Below, piece by piece: positions 41,214 to 52,096 of a stretch of DNA of 64,000 nt; position 1 is the stretch's first letter; each line of letters opens with the position of its first letter. Location: the NCBI GenBank assembly GCA_963841015.1, contig CAWJAX010000002.1:480001-544000 (forward strand). Direction: 5' to 3'. Origin of the DNA: an uncultured Methanoregulaceae archaeon (lineage in GTDB: Archaea; Halobacteriota; Methanomicrobia; Methanomicrobiales; Methanospirillaceae). The notes under the pieces were generated by a model. That model made no database searches. It was not told where the DNA came from and worked only from the letters and a program-made list of their open reading frames with translations. A program made the translations under genes and the position numbers.

Positions 41214-41661
41214 GTAAAATGAAGCGATAATCACACGATCCGATTCTGGAAGAACCAATAAAGAATCAGGACAAAAATCAGGGCAGGGTAACGTACGACG
41301 CGCGGGGAACATGGGACAAATTTTTCTAACCATTCCGGAAGGTATGCACGACCGACCAAATTTTTTGTAGGAGTGTATTTCAGCCACTTCAATGCCGGAT
41401 ATGAAGGGAACTATAGGCAAATGAAACCGTAAAATGTACATTCCGTGAAATGTAGTGATCGTTGGTGAGTTCCTGAATTAGGGATGAAAAATTGCTGGGT
41501 TGCTGATTGGACTTAAAAATCCGGTATTCTTCAATAAATAATTAAAGCAGAACGTCTACCTACTTGTTGTTAGTAACGGCATAATCTTTCGCAAAATCAA
41601 GATGTAAGGCTGATAATGCATAGAACCCAGGATCCTGAATCTCTGCGTTAAAAGAGTACTC

Positions 41662-43543
41662 ATGACAGCAAAGAAACCCCCGGTTCCAAAAAAGAAGAAA
41701 GTTCCGCTCCCTGGGCCGGGTGCTCCTGAAAAATTCTACCGCACCATTTTTGAACAATCCGGATTACCCACGATAATTATTGAAAAAGATTCGGCAATTT
41801 CCCTGGTCAACAACGCTTTTTTGGACCTGAGTGGTTTTCGCAGGCAGGAGATCGTGGGAAAGAAAAAATGGATGGAGTTTGTTGCGCCGGAAGATTTGGA
41901 GAAACTGACGAATTTTCTCTCGGGAAACACAAAAAAGAACCGGCTTGCAGCTGAACCGTATTCTTTTGGATTTGTCGACAAGAAAAAAAAGAATCACGAC
42001 GTCATACTTACTGCCGGGGTAATTTCGGGGACGCAGCAAATCATCTTTTCCCTGATGGAAGTTACCGATGGGGAACGGTTTGAAGATTCGTTCGGGTACA
42101 ATCACCAGCAGATGTCAGGAGTCATCTATAATATTCCCGAGGCTACGTTTGCTGTCGACCGGCACGGGAGGGTTATTGCCTGGAACCGGGCAATTGAAGA
42201 GCTGACGGGGAGCCTGGGTTCTGATCTCCTTTTAAAGGGCAATCATGAATATGCCCTCCCCTTTTTTGGGAGTCGCCGGCCGATGATTATTGACCTGATT
42301 TTTTCATCTGATACTGAAATTGAGGATCAGGGCTATTCCGGAATACAATGGACGGGAAATACCCTGTCTGCGGAAACTACCGTAATGATAACGGAAGGAC
42401 AAACAAGGGTAATCCGGGAAATTGCCTCACCGATTTTTAACAAGTCCGGCAAACTTGCCGGTGCAATAGAATCGATAACAGATATCACGGGGCTGAGAGA
42501 GCAGGAGCTCGCACTGCTGGTTTCAGAGTCCCGGTACCGGACCATCCTTGAAAATACTGCATCGGCAATTGCAATTATCGATGAGAATGGAACCCTCTCT
42601 TACATTAATCCGGAATTTGAGAAGGTTATCGGTTATGTCAGGGACGAAATCGAAGGGAAGAAAAATCTGAACGATTTTGTTGCTCCAAAGGACCTGGAGC
42701 GGCTCCAGAAGTACGAGCGTGGATGCCGGGTCAATCCGCATATAAGAATGGTAAACCATGAATTCCAGTTTATCCGCTTCGATGGGTATGTCCGCACAGG
42801 GTTCCTTACCATCACCCCCATTCCTGATACCAAAAAGATGGTGGTATCGCTCCTGGATATTACCAATAAAATCCGTGAAGAAGATGCACTCCAGAGGGCT
42901 AATACGAAACTGAATTCCTTTAACTCTATCACCCGCCACGAAATTCTCAACCATTTAACCGTCGTCAAGGGTTATATTGAACTCTCCAGAGAGGGAATCC
43001 ACGACCCCCCCTTCCTGCTTACCTCCCTGGATAAGGAGTCTGGCTGCGGCAAATGCCATCCAGAACCTGATCATGTTCACCCGGGATTACCAGAATATCG
43101 GGATCCTGCCCCCGGCATGGTACAATCTCAGCAAAACGATCAAAACTGCGGCTGCCAGCGTGCATATGGGATCGATCGATCTGTCGGTAGATATTGAAGG
43201 TGTAGAGATCTATGCGGATCACGTGTTTGAGAAGGTGTTTTTTTACCTGATTGATGATGCCGTCAGGTTTGGTAAGATCAGGAAAATCCGGTTCTTCTGT
43301 AAAGAATCATTTGAAGAACTCCTGGTGATCTGCGAGGATGACGGGACCGGGATTCCCCCTGATAAAAAAGAGAGAATATTCAATCGCAAGCTGTTTCAGG
43401 ATTCCGGGCTTGACATGTACCTGTCCCGGGAGATTTTGTCCATAACCGGCATCTCCATCCACGAGAGCGGAACCTATGGAAAGGGTGCACGTTTTGAAAT
43501 CCGGGTACCTGAGGGGGCATACCGCTTTACCAGCCCCCAGTAA
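41662..43543 (+). CDS. Three-PAS sensor histidine kinase (frameshift ~43039)
   Basis: PAS repeats; SITRHEILNHL H-box; EDDGTGIP, G.RFEI.VP. Confidence 0.88.
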
Positions 43544-43584
43544 AACAAAATAAATCAGTCGACTCCGGTCATGGCGAATCGCGG

Positions 43585-43779
43585 TTATTTTTTAACAATC
43601 AGCTTGTGGCCGGCCGCATCAACCTTGTATGATTTTGGGCGCTCAAGCAAGTCCAGTGCATTGATCTTCATATCAATCAATTCTGAATAGTTGAAGGATT
43701 CATACTTCTTCTCTTCTTTTTCCATCCAGAAGACCACAATACCGTTCTCCATCTTTTTGCTGCCAATAATGTCGTTCAT
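43585..43779 (-). CDS. Small hypothetical protein (64 aa)
   Basis: Clean ORF; a paralog at 19428-19631 supports coding status. Confidence 0.75.
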   Translation of the reverse strand: MNDIIGSKKMENGIVVFWMEKEEKKYESFNYSELIDMKINALDLLERPKSYKVDAAGHKLIVKK

Positions 43780-43967
43780 ACTGTTCGATCAGTAACACCG
43801 GAATATGAAGGTATCGAACCGGAGGAAAAAACAAAATGAGGAGATCCGGTTTTAAAAGCAGGTTGAGATCCAAAAAATGAAAGAAAGGATACCGGGCAAT
43901 TATTTTTCCTCCCAATTATTATTCTCTCACTTCCCAGTATAGAACACATACCTGAGAGGACAGAAGA

Positions 43968-44624
43968 GTGGCAGCCGATGAATTCAAGGAACCGGAAAAA
44001 GGAACGGAAATCCCCGGACAGGGATCACCGGAAAAAAAGAACCTGATGATAGCCGGTGTCCTGGTTGTGATGCTCATCATTGCGGTTATTGCAGTGATTG
44101 TTATTGACCAGTCACCATCTGGAAAGGGAACCCCCCAACCTGCAGTCATAACAAATTCCACCCCCCTGGTAAAGGGAGTATCTTTCCAGCAGACCCACAT
44201 TGTCCAGGATACCGTCAGTCAGACCGGTGCCCAGACTATCAGACAAACAATGACCCTGCAACAAACCCCGGCACTCCCGGTCGATTTTCTCCTCCAGTCA
44301 GGAGACCCGGGGAGCTGCGGACTGACCTGCCGCCAGTTGGATGCATCCATCACCAATACCGGGTATGAGACAGCCCACAATGTCTGTATTACTGTCGGCC
44401 TTCATAACAGCAGGAATGAAATCATCTACCTGAATGGCGAATCTTCAATAAACCGGTGTATCGGTGACATATCCGGAGGACAAAAGAAAACCGAATCCAT
44501 TTCGATAAATGCCGATTGTGGTGCGTTTGCAACAAAATGTATCGGGGAGACGCTGACATTACAAACCCGGGTAACCTCCGTTGAAAAAACGATCCGGTTT
44601 CCGGATCAGGTGATAGCAGTCTGA
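43968..44624 (+). CDS. Membrane-anchored exported protein with Cys-containing beta domain
   Basis: Single TM (LMIAGVLVVMLIIAVIAVIVI), Thr/Gln linker, SCGLTCR...ITNTG.ETAHNV. Confidence 0.7.
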   Translation: MAADEFKEPEKGTEIPGQGSPEKKNLMIAGVLVVMLIIAVIAVIVIDQSPSGKGTPQPAVITNSTPLVKGVSFQQTHIVQDTVSQTGAQTIRQTMTLQQTPALPVDFLLQSGDPGSCGLTCRQLDASITNTGYETAHNVCITVGLHNSRNEIIYLNGESSINRCIGDISGGQKKTESISINADCGAFATKCIGETLTLQTRVTSVEKTIRFPDQVIAV

Positions 44625-44649
44625 AGTATTGGGAGACCATATTGATTTT

Positions 44650-44830
44650 TCGGCTCTGGAGAATTCCTTTTCTTTGATATGAAATACAAAGTACTGGTTT
44701 GATGATGGAGTTTACAGTGCCTGTCTCCCCTGTCTCCCCCCTGCGCTGAGCGATTATTATGTATTACCTGTTCTGGGTTTATCGCATTCGGGGGAGCCAC
44801 AGCAGTCTGGGGTAGAAATCTCTTCCCGTA
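44650..44830 (+). repeat. Dispersed intergenic repeat, module A
   Basis: GGCTCTGGAGAATT...GAAATACAAAG...CAGTGCCTGTC...CTGCGCTGAGCGATTATTATGTATTACCTGTTCTGGG; close match to the reverse complement of 55725-55900. Confidence 0.8.
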
Positions 44831-45023
44831 TTTATATTGTAACTGAGCATTTGTCCGGGGCCTTTTTCCACCAAACCAGGGAAGCAGATTCGGATACCAA
44901 ATCCCGCACAGTATCTCTCCGCATCTCTTCAGGGAATTCGATGACAGTTTATATAATTTCAGAAATAACCGAAAAATCAAAAACGTTGTCATTCAAAAAA
45001 AATAAGATTGGTTTATGGCCGGA

Positions 45024-46237
45024 CTATTCATTCTTTTTTCCGTTCGACTTCCCTGGGAACTCATCTTCCTCCTTGTCTGATCCTTTATTTATCTTATCAG
45101 ATCTTTCCCCGGCTTTTTTCTCTCTGATTTTATTCTCCCCCTTGTTTTTTGTGTTTTTCTCTTTTCCGGCACGGGTTTGATCAGAAACTGCAGTTTCATT
45201 CCCTGCTTCTGTTATCTGTTCATTATCTTTGATTTTAAGCATCTTTTTTGCCTGACCGGGATTTTTGAAATTATCAGGATTCAGAGATAACGTCACCGTA
45301 ATATTCCCGTCTTCACTTTCAGTGATTTTCACATCATCTTTTTCAATGCCAAGGAATTTCCACAGCTGTGACAAGGCTTTATTCAGTCCTTTCTTTTCAC
45401 CGATAACACTGATTGTATCATTGCCTTCAACAGGGATTAGCATACCATTCACTGCAAGAGTACCGGAACAATTTATTTTCACCCCATTACCTGATGTGAC
45501 ATTCTCAAGGTCTGCCTTGTGGAACTTTGCAATAAGCGTTCCCCCGTCCTTGCCGGATGCTGATGCCCTGACCAGTTCAGCCCCGCTGCAGGTCAGGGAG
45601 CTGTTGGTATAATCAATACGCAGTTTTTTGCGCTCATCACCAGCAGGATTCTGACCGGTGCCGGTAAGGGATACAGGTACCGTGAAAATCCCCCTGCTTT
45701 TCAGATTCAGGGTTGTTGGCTTAATAACAAGGTTTGCCGATACCCGGGAATCCGGTGTAATGGTACCCGATGCATTGAACCGGACGGTTGCTTCTGCATG
45801 GTTGTTATTCAGGATCAGGATCCGTCTCATTGAGAGCAGTGACAGCGACCTTATTTATTTTATTTCCTGGTGTACTGAAGGTGGTTTTGAGCGTGAGAGT
45901 CGTGTACGATGCATTCTTCAGTTCATCGATCTTCCAGATATTTGTTGTAGTATTGTATGTCCCGAGACCTGCCACAGCGGTAATGTTTTTCAGCCCGGGA
46001 AGGTGAGAAATATCTTCAGCTATTGAAATGTTCGTCGCATTTGCTGGTCCATTATTCCAGACCGTTACAACCCACGTTACTTCATCATTAATTTCATAGG
46101 GTCCCGTTGATCTCACCACTTTTGTAACATTGAGATCAGTCTGCGGTTCTTCTGCCATCCGCTGCACATACAATTCCGATATTAAAAAGAAGTGCAAGCA
46201 GAATCGCTCCAATAAATATTCTAAAGATTCTGGTCAT
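45024..46237 (-). CDS. Secreted DUF11-domain protein (frameshifts ~46160 and ~45810)
   Basis: Signal peptide MTRIFRIFIGAILLALLFNIGIVCA; DLNVTK...V.NNGPANATNI...W.I..L...NETDPDP.NN DUF11 pattern; Lys-rich tail. Confidence 0.75.
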
Positions 46238-46311
46238 AGTTATTTCACCAAGCCGGAGCATTCCGGTAATTTTTTTTTTGAGCCAATCTGAATTAAGAGG
46301 TACGAAAGTTT

Positions 46312-46375
46312 ATTAAAAACTCTACTGTTCTCAATACTTTCAATTATTCGAAAATCGTTCTCTATCGTTCAGAAT
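46312..46375 (-). promoter_or_regulatory. Promoter with ATTCTGAACGATAGAGAACG motif upstream of a TTTTTAAT box
   Basis: Matches 41149-41213. Confidence 0.55.
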
Positions 46376-46616
46376 TAAAAAAGAAGCCAGAATATTCAAA
46401 AAAAGATTCTGAAAAAAATCCGTTTCAAAATGATGTCTGAACAACTCCGGATTTCCTGAACGCGCCAAAAACCTCCCAAGAGTAATCTCATTTTGCCATA
46501 GGCCCTCACAATCATCCTTATGTCCACGTCCTGCATCACCTGAAAGAAGGTATGAATCCTGTTCTGACCAATCAAAATGATGCTATTTATAATAAATAAC
46601 AACTATTTCCTGATGA

Positions 46617-47504
46617 ATGGTTTCGATCAGGCCGGGCCCGGTAACATTCGGTGGTGTAGTACTCGACAACCACCTGCTTCTTGCTGCCGGGATTCTCGGG
46701 ACCACGGGATCGTCGCTTTCACGGATGCTCTCCTCGGGTGCCGGAGGTGTGGTAACCAAGTCGATCGGGCCTCATCCCAAAGATGGTCATGCCGGGCCCT
46801 GCCTTATCGTGCTTGAAGACGGGCTCCTGAATGCCATGGGACTCCCAAATCCTTCAAAAGAGTTTGTGGATGAGATCGCATCCCTGCAAAAAAAACCGGT
46901 TATCGCAAGTATATTTGGCGGGAATCCGGCCGAGTTTGCTCTGGTAGCAGGCTGGTTTGAGGGCAGGGTCGCCGGCTTTGAACTGAACCTTTCCTGCCCG
47001 CATGCAGAGGGTTATGGTGCAGCGATCGGGACCGACCCGGCTCTTGTGGAAGCATGTACCCGGGCGGTCAGCGTGACGGGTATTCCCACCTGGGTAAAGC
47101 TCACCCCGAATGTGACTGACATTACGGTGATCGGTAAAGCTGCGGAACGGGGAGGAGCCAGCGCTATCGTTGCAATCAATACCGTTAAAGCGATGCGGAT
47201 ATCGACCGGGATGCAGCGCCCAATACTGGGGAACCGGTTTGGCGGTCTCTCGGGAAGTGCAGTTTTTCCCATTGCAGTCCGCTGCGTGTACGAACTCTAT
47301 GAAGCCTGCACTATACCCATTGTCGGCTGCGGGGGAGTCACCACTGCAGATAATGTGATCGAGATGATGATGGCCGGGGCAAGCGCAGTTGAGATTGGCA
47401 GTGCAGTCTATAATGACGTGAAAATTTTTGAGACAATCAAGACTGATCTCTACAAAAAGGATGGATTGACGCCGGAACAGATCATAGGGAGCGCCCATGA
47501 GTGA
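46617..47504 (+). CDS. pyrD: Dihydroorotate dehydrogenase, catalytic subunit (family 1B)
   Basis: NAMGLPNP, ELNLSCPH, VKLTPNVTDI, GGLSG. Confidence 0.96.
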   Translation: MVSIRPGPVTFGGVVLDNHLLLAAGILGTTGSSLSRMLSSGAGGVVTKSIGPHPKDGHAGPCLIVLEDGLLNAMGLPNPSKEFVDEIASLQKKPVIASIFGGNPAEFALVAGWFEGRVAGFELNLSCPHAEGYGAAIGTDPALVEACTRAVSVTGIPTWVKLTPNVTDITVIGKAAERGGASAIVAINTVKAMRISTGMQRPILGNRFGGLSGSAVFPIAVRCVYELYEACTIPIVGCGGVTTADNVIEMMMAGASAVEIGSAVYNDVKIFETIKTDLYKKDGLTPEQIIGSAHE

Positions 47505-48261
47505 CAACCTGTCCCTGCCCGTATCAATCCAGCGGGTAAAAAAAGAGACCTCACTCATCCGAACATTCCTGTTTGACCACTCGTTTGCGTTCTCCCCGGG
47601 ACAGTTTGTCATGGTCTGGATACCCGGGGTTGATGAAATCCCGATGGCGTTGTCATCAGAAAATACAATTACTGTTCAGAAAGCAGGGGATGCAACTACC
47701 GCCATGTTCGCCCTGGGTGCCGGAGATAAACTGGGAATTCGCGGGCCGTTCGGCAACGGGTTTACCAAAGGGGAAAAAGTACTGGGAATCGCCGGGGGTG
47801 TGGGGGCCGCCCCCCTCCTCCCGCTTGCCCGGGCTGACTGCGTGATGACGCTTCTCTTAGGTGCCCGGACCGAGCATGAGCTCCTGTTTGTTGACCAGCT
47901 GGATGAGTGCACGGATGTGCTGATTGCGACTGATGACGGAACGCTGGGGATGAAAGGGTTCGTGACCGCCCTTATGGACGACCTGAACCTTGGTGCGTAT
48001 GACCGGATTGCGGTCTGCGGTCCTGAAGGAATGATGCGGGCAGTACTTACCAAGGTTGAGGAAAAAGGAATTGCCCACAAAACCGAATTCTCGCTGCACC
48101 GGTATATGAAATGCGGTGTTGGTGTCTGTGGTTCGTGCTGCATAGACCCGTCAGGACTCCGGGTATGCAGGGATGGCCCGGTCTTCTCCGGGGATATGCT
48201 CCTAAAAAGCGAATTCGGCCATTATATGCGGGATGCGAGTGGCAGGAAGAAGACTTTGTGA
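47497..48261 (+). CDS. pyrK: Dihydroorotate dehydrogenase electron-transfer subunit
   Basis: PGQFVMVW, RGPFGNG, CGP..MM, MKCGVGVCGSC...C.DGPVF. Confidence 0.95.
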   Translation: MSDNLSLPVSIQRVKKETSLIRTFLFDHSFAFSPGQFVMVWIPGVDEIPMALSSENTITVQKAGDATTAMFALGAGDKLGIRGPFGNGFTKGEKVLGIAGGVGAAPLLPLARADCVMTLLLGARTEHELLFVDQLDECTDVLIATDDGTLGMKGFVTALMDDLNLGAYDRIAVCGPEGMMRAVLTKVEEKGIAHKTEFSLHRYMKCGVGVCGSCCIDPSGLRVCRDGPVFSGDMLLKSEFGHYMRDASGRKKTL

Positions 48262-48445
48262 CAGGGTACCGGAAAAACCGGATTTTGAGAAATACGCCTG
48301 GTCAGGGACCCGGCCAGCCATAACCCGAATCAATTGTATACTGTTTGATTTTTCCAATCGGTGAGCATGGTTACGTGCATTCATGGTTCTCTCCTGCCAA
48401 AAAAACACCTCTTTTACCCGAACAGCTGCCTGTGTTTCAGACCAT

Positions 48446-49891
48446 TCAGGTATACCGGTATCTGCCTTTGGGCACCCTGATTTCGAATCGTGCCCCCGAC
48501 CCCGGTTCTCCGGTTTCAACGATCGAGAGTTCCGTCATCCTGAGGATCTCTGCAGCATAAAATAGTCCGTACCCGGTAATCTGGTCATATTCGTGTCTGA
48601 ACAATTCCTCTTTTACCTTGTGAGGGACTCCAACGCCGTCATCCTGGCAGAAAATTGTCAGACCCTCACCACTTTCCTGTGCTGAGAACCTTACGCGGGT
48701 TGTTTTTTGTCCATGGCGTATGGTGTTATCCACAATAGCAAAGAATACCCTTCCAAGTAACAGATCTGCATAGATCTCCAGGTTACCTGCGTCCCTGTCA
48801 ACGCTGATCCCCTTAAGGTCAAAGCTCGCAATTGCATTTGTGATCGTACTGTCAACATTCTGCCACTGGGGAGGATGTATTCCAATCTCCTGGTACTCCC
48901 TGGCAAACCTGATCTGATTCTGGATTATCTGCGTGCTCTGTTCAATTCTGCGGAGATGCTCAAGGAGAGCCGGGTCTTTGACCATCTCTTCTGCACGCGA
49001 AACATTCATGATGATGGCGGTAATCTGGTTGAAAATATCCCTGCCGGTGATCGAAGAGAGTGTATTCAGTTTACGGTTTGCAAGCTGGAGGGTTGCTTCA
49101 AACCGCTTACGTTCCAGAATTTCTGCTTTGAGCCCATCATTCGCCCGCGTAAGCTCTTCTGACCGCTCCCGGACTTTTCTCTCTAGATCGTCCCGTGCTT
49201 TCTGGATAACCCGCTCTGCAAGCTTACGATCCGTAATATCAACGGCAGAACAGACTACCCGGTTACCCGGGGAGAGGGATGCAGAAACGAGAAACTGGCG
49301 CACCTGCCCCTCCATTGTATGGAGGAGAAGTTCATTATCGCTGATCTCTGCATTTTTCTGGATCTGGCCAAGAAACCTGTCCCTTTCTCCAGGATTCTGG
49401 AATATGCGGCTGAGTTCCTTATCGATCAGGTCATACCGGTTGTATCCCAGCATCTGCGCACATTTGCTGTTTATCTCAAGGATGCGCTGAGTCGGGAGGG
49501 AAAAAGTGAATATTCCTGCCTGGGAATTTTCGAAGATCTCCTGGTATTTCCGCTCTTCAGCTTTAAACCCTTCGGCAAACGAAGACGTAATAAAACCAAT
49601 CGTCACAAAGATAACGAACCATGCGGTGGATATCGCAATGATGGCCGGGTTAAAACTACTGAAATAATAGACAAGCAGGAGGAAAATTGTGCTGATGGCC
49701 AGCGAGAAGGCAACACCCCTGTTCGGATAGAAATTCACAAAGAGGATAATGGGGAGGAAGTAGAGAAACGGAAAGACCTCATAAATGCCACGGGTCAGGC
49801 AAAAATACGTGGAGTAGATTGCGATAATGATTGATATGATGATCGTTGCATTCCAGAAGATCTGGTGCCTGATGCTGACTGGAGCGATCAT
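48446..49891 (-). CDS. Membrane PAS sensor histidine-kinase-like protein lacking the H-box His
   Basis: Four TMs, PAS, coiled coil, SSITGRDIFNQI in place of SITRHD, HATPase motifs (DNTIRHG, DDGVG, G.RFEI). Confidence 0.85.
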   Translation of the reverse strand: MIAPVSIRHQIFWNATIIISIIIAIYSTYFCLTRGIYEVFPFLYFLPIILFVNFYPNRGVAFSLAISTIFLLLVYYFSSFNPAIIAISTAWFVIFVTIGFITSSFAEGFKAEERKYQEIFENSQAGIFTFSLPTQRILEINSKCAQMLGYNRYDLIDKELSRIFQNPGERDRFLGQIQKNAEISDNELLLHTMEGQVRQFLVSASLSPGNRVVCSAVDITDRKLAERVIQKARDDLERKVRERSEELTRANDGLKAEILERKRFEATLQLANRKLNTLSSITGRDIFNQITAIIMNVSRAEEMVKDPALLEHLRRIEQSTQIIQNQIRFAREYQEIGIHPPQWQNVDSTITNAIASFDLKGISVDRDAGNLEIYADLLLGRVFFAIVDNTIRHGQKTTRVRFSAQESGEGLTIFCQDDGVGVPHKVKEELFRHEYDQITGYGLFYAAEILRMTELSIVETGEPGSGARFEIRVPKGRYRYT

Positions 49892-50745
49892 GTATCATCC
49901 CTTTTTGGCTGCAGGGGATGCCCGTACAGAACCATGCTCTCAAACCGCCGGCATTCAAGGATCTCTGCCCGCAGTTTCTCGTTCGTCCGTTCAAGGTCTG
50001 CGGTACGCTCTCTGACCTGGTGTTCCAGTTCGTTGAGAGTTTTGATGATCTCCTCGTCCACAATTTTACTTCGGGTAATGTCAATAGCAGAACAGAGCAC
50101 ATGTCCCTTTGTTACGAGCATGGGGGAGATGACAAACCTTAAAACTGAACCATCCTGCGCACGAAAGCGTGCTTCCCGTTCGCCATGTTTCCGTACGTGT
50201 TTTAATTCCTGATTTACATCGGCGACGAACTGGTTCTGTTCATCCCTGTCGGTCCAGATGACTGAGATTTCCTTGCCGATAAGATCCTGTTGATTATACT
50301 TCAGCCATTGGGCACATTTCGTGTTGATCTCACGAATCCTCAGGTCCTTAAGGTCAAAACAGAAAATGCCGTCCTGGGAATTGTCAAGGATTTTCCTCAC
50401 ACGGGTCCGTTCTTCACGCAGCCTTATAGCGTAGGATGATGCCACAACGCCGATTGTAATAAAGATTGCAAACCATGCCGTGGCAATAGCGATCAGGGTC
50501 GGATCTGAATTGCCTAAAAGGTAAATCAGGCTGATATACATCAGTCCTAATCCCAATGAGAAGAGAACTCCCCGTTCCGGGTAAAAATAGACAACAAGGA
50601 TGATCGGCAGGATGAAGTGGAGAGGGAAAACATAAAAAATGCCGTTCAGGAGAGAAAAAATAGTAGTGAGGACGGCACCTATGGTTGCTGCAATGACAAT
50701 GAAAAGTCGCAGCACTTCCCTGTTTTCTACCGATAAATGCTCCAC
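49888..50745 (-). CDS. Membrane PAS sensor without kinase domain (paralog of the N-terminal half of the downstream gene)
   Basis: GI..VFP....LPII...YP.RG and AWF.IF.TIG shared with 48446-49891; ends after the coiled coil. Confidence 0.85.
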   Translation of the reverse strand: MEHLSVENREVLRLFIVIAATIGAVLTTIFSLLNGIFYVFPLHFILPIILVVYFYPERGVLFSLGLGLMYISLIYLLGNSDPTLIAIATAWFAIFITIGVVASSYAIRLREERTRVRKILDNSQDGIFCFDLKDLRIREINTKCAQWLKYNQQDLIGKEISVIWTDRDEQNQFVADVNQELKHVRKHGEREARFRAQDGSVLRFVISPMLVTKGHVLCSAIDITRSKIVDEEIIKTLNELEHQVRERTADLERTNEKLRAEILECRRFESMVLYGHPLQPKRDDT

Positions 50746-50896
50746 TGACGGTCCCCTGCCGAATTCCCAGCCTGACGAATGGTGGAATCTGGTATAGTAA
50801 CAGTTATAGATCTCATTCCATATATTTATATAAGCTGTGGTAAGTTGCTACAAAAGCTCAAAATTGCTTATAAGATTTTTCAAAAAGGATATGATT

Positions 50897-51496
50897 TCAT
50901 AATTCCGGGTCCCGGGTGTTGATTCGTTCAAGGTCTTCCAGCTTGTTGATGTTGGTAAATGTTTTGAGAGATGGGTCGAGAATCTTTAACTCATCAACGG
51001 AGACGTACCGGGTAGAAAGACTCCTGACCATTGCGCGGAGCGATAGCGAATCATGACTTTCAAGGTAGGTGAGGAGGGCTGTTCTCCTGTAGACGGCATG
51101 CAGGGGTTCGAGCATATCGGGATTCCATCGGGGTATAACCGCATCATAGTTGTCAATACTGTCGAACAAGTGCGCGATTACCGCCGGATTTATGCAGGGC
51201 ATGTCACAGGCAGAGACGAAGATGAACTCTCCCTGTGCTGCAAGGGAGCCGGCATGAAGTCCCCCGATAGGACCGATGCCCCCGCGGATGTCGGTAATGC
51301 ATCGTATTCCCTGGATCCTCTGGAACCGTCTGCATTGTTCAGGGTTCTTTGCAACAAGGATAATTTCATCGACCACTTCTTCGAGAGAATCAACCAGGCG
51401 TTCGATAAACGTCCTGCCCTGGTACATGAAAAAATACTTTTCCTGCCCGTTTGCACGCCGTGCCTCACCCCCAACCAGTACGACTGCCGATCTCAC
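50897..51496 (-). CDS. mobA: Molybdenum cofactor guanylyltransferase
   Basis: VLVGG..RR..G.EK, GPIGG, ACDMP, EPLHAVY, NIN..EDL. Confidence 0.9.
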   Translation of the reverse strand: MRSAVVLVGGEARRANGQEKYFFMYQGRTFIERLVDSLEEVVDEIILVAKNPEQCRRFQRIQGIRCITDIRGGIGPIGGLHAGSLAAQGEFIFVSACDMPCINPAVIAHLFDSIDNYDAVIPRWNPDMLEPLHAVYRRTALLTYLESHDSLSLRAMVRSLSTRYVSVDELKILDPSLKTFTNINKLEDLERINTRDPEL

Positions 51497-51586
51497 TGCT
51501 GTGCTCCATTCATACCTATGTCACCAGTACTGCTCCATTGTGGGAAGGAAAACCCTTGAGAGGTATCGGCCTGTGTGCAGGTTTTG

Positions 51587-52096
51587 TCATTTCTCCACCT
51601 TTCTTAATCCTTTCTTTTCCATAGCAAGCAATGCCTCCTTGATATCGATGGATGGAGAGAATCCTCCGATATCATGAGCTGCCAGGATACGGTGGCAGGG
51701 AATGACAAGGGGTGTGGGATTGCGTGCCATTGCCTGCCCGACTACGCGGGGGGATGTCCCGACCCTTTCTGCAATCTCGCCGTAGGTTGATGTGGACCCA
51801 TAGGGTACCTGTTGAACCGCGCGGTATATCCTTCCGTAGACAGTATCGTCATGTATGGCGATACTGTCAAGCGGTAACAGACTAATAACCTGCCCGGAGC
51901 AGTATTGCCGCAGCAGACCAGGCACTTCCCCCGGTACAGCTGTTTTGGCAAACCTGACCCGGTGAACGGTCGTCCCGCTCCACCATACGTGGACGAACCA
52001 AAGCCCGAACCGGCATGCACCTCCTACGATTTCCACCGTAAAATCATCTCCCGGAACCGTGCCGCATCGCACGCGATCATCTCTTTCTGGATCCAT
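51587..52096 (-). CDS. ogt: Methylated-DNA--protein-cysteine methyltransferase (true start may be ~52036)
   Basis: VPYG...TYGEIA, RVVGQAM..NP...IPCHR. Confidence 0.9.
   Translation of the reverse strand: MDPERDDRVRCGTVPGDDFTVEIVGGACRFGLWFVHVWWSGTTVHRVRFAKTAVPGEVPGLLRQYCSGQVISLLPLDSIAIHDDTVYGRIYRAVQQVPYGSTSTYGEIAERVGTSPRVVGQAMARNPTPLVIPCHRILAAHDIGGFSPSIDIKEALLAMEKKGLRKVEK

Noticed and set aside
46854-47612. Long antisense or alternative-frame ORFs over pyrD and many other genes
   Set aside because: They overlap well-supported genes and have no recognisable motifs.
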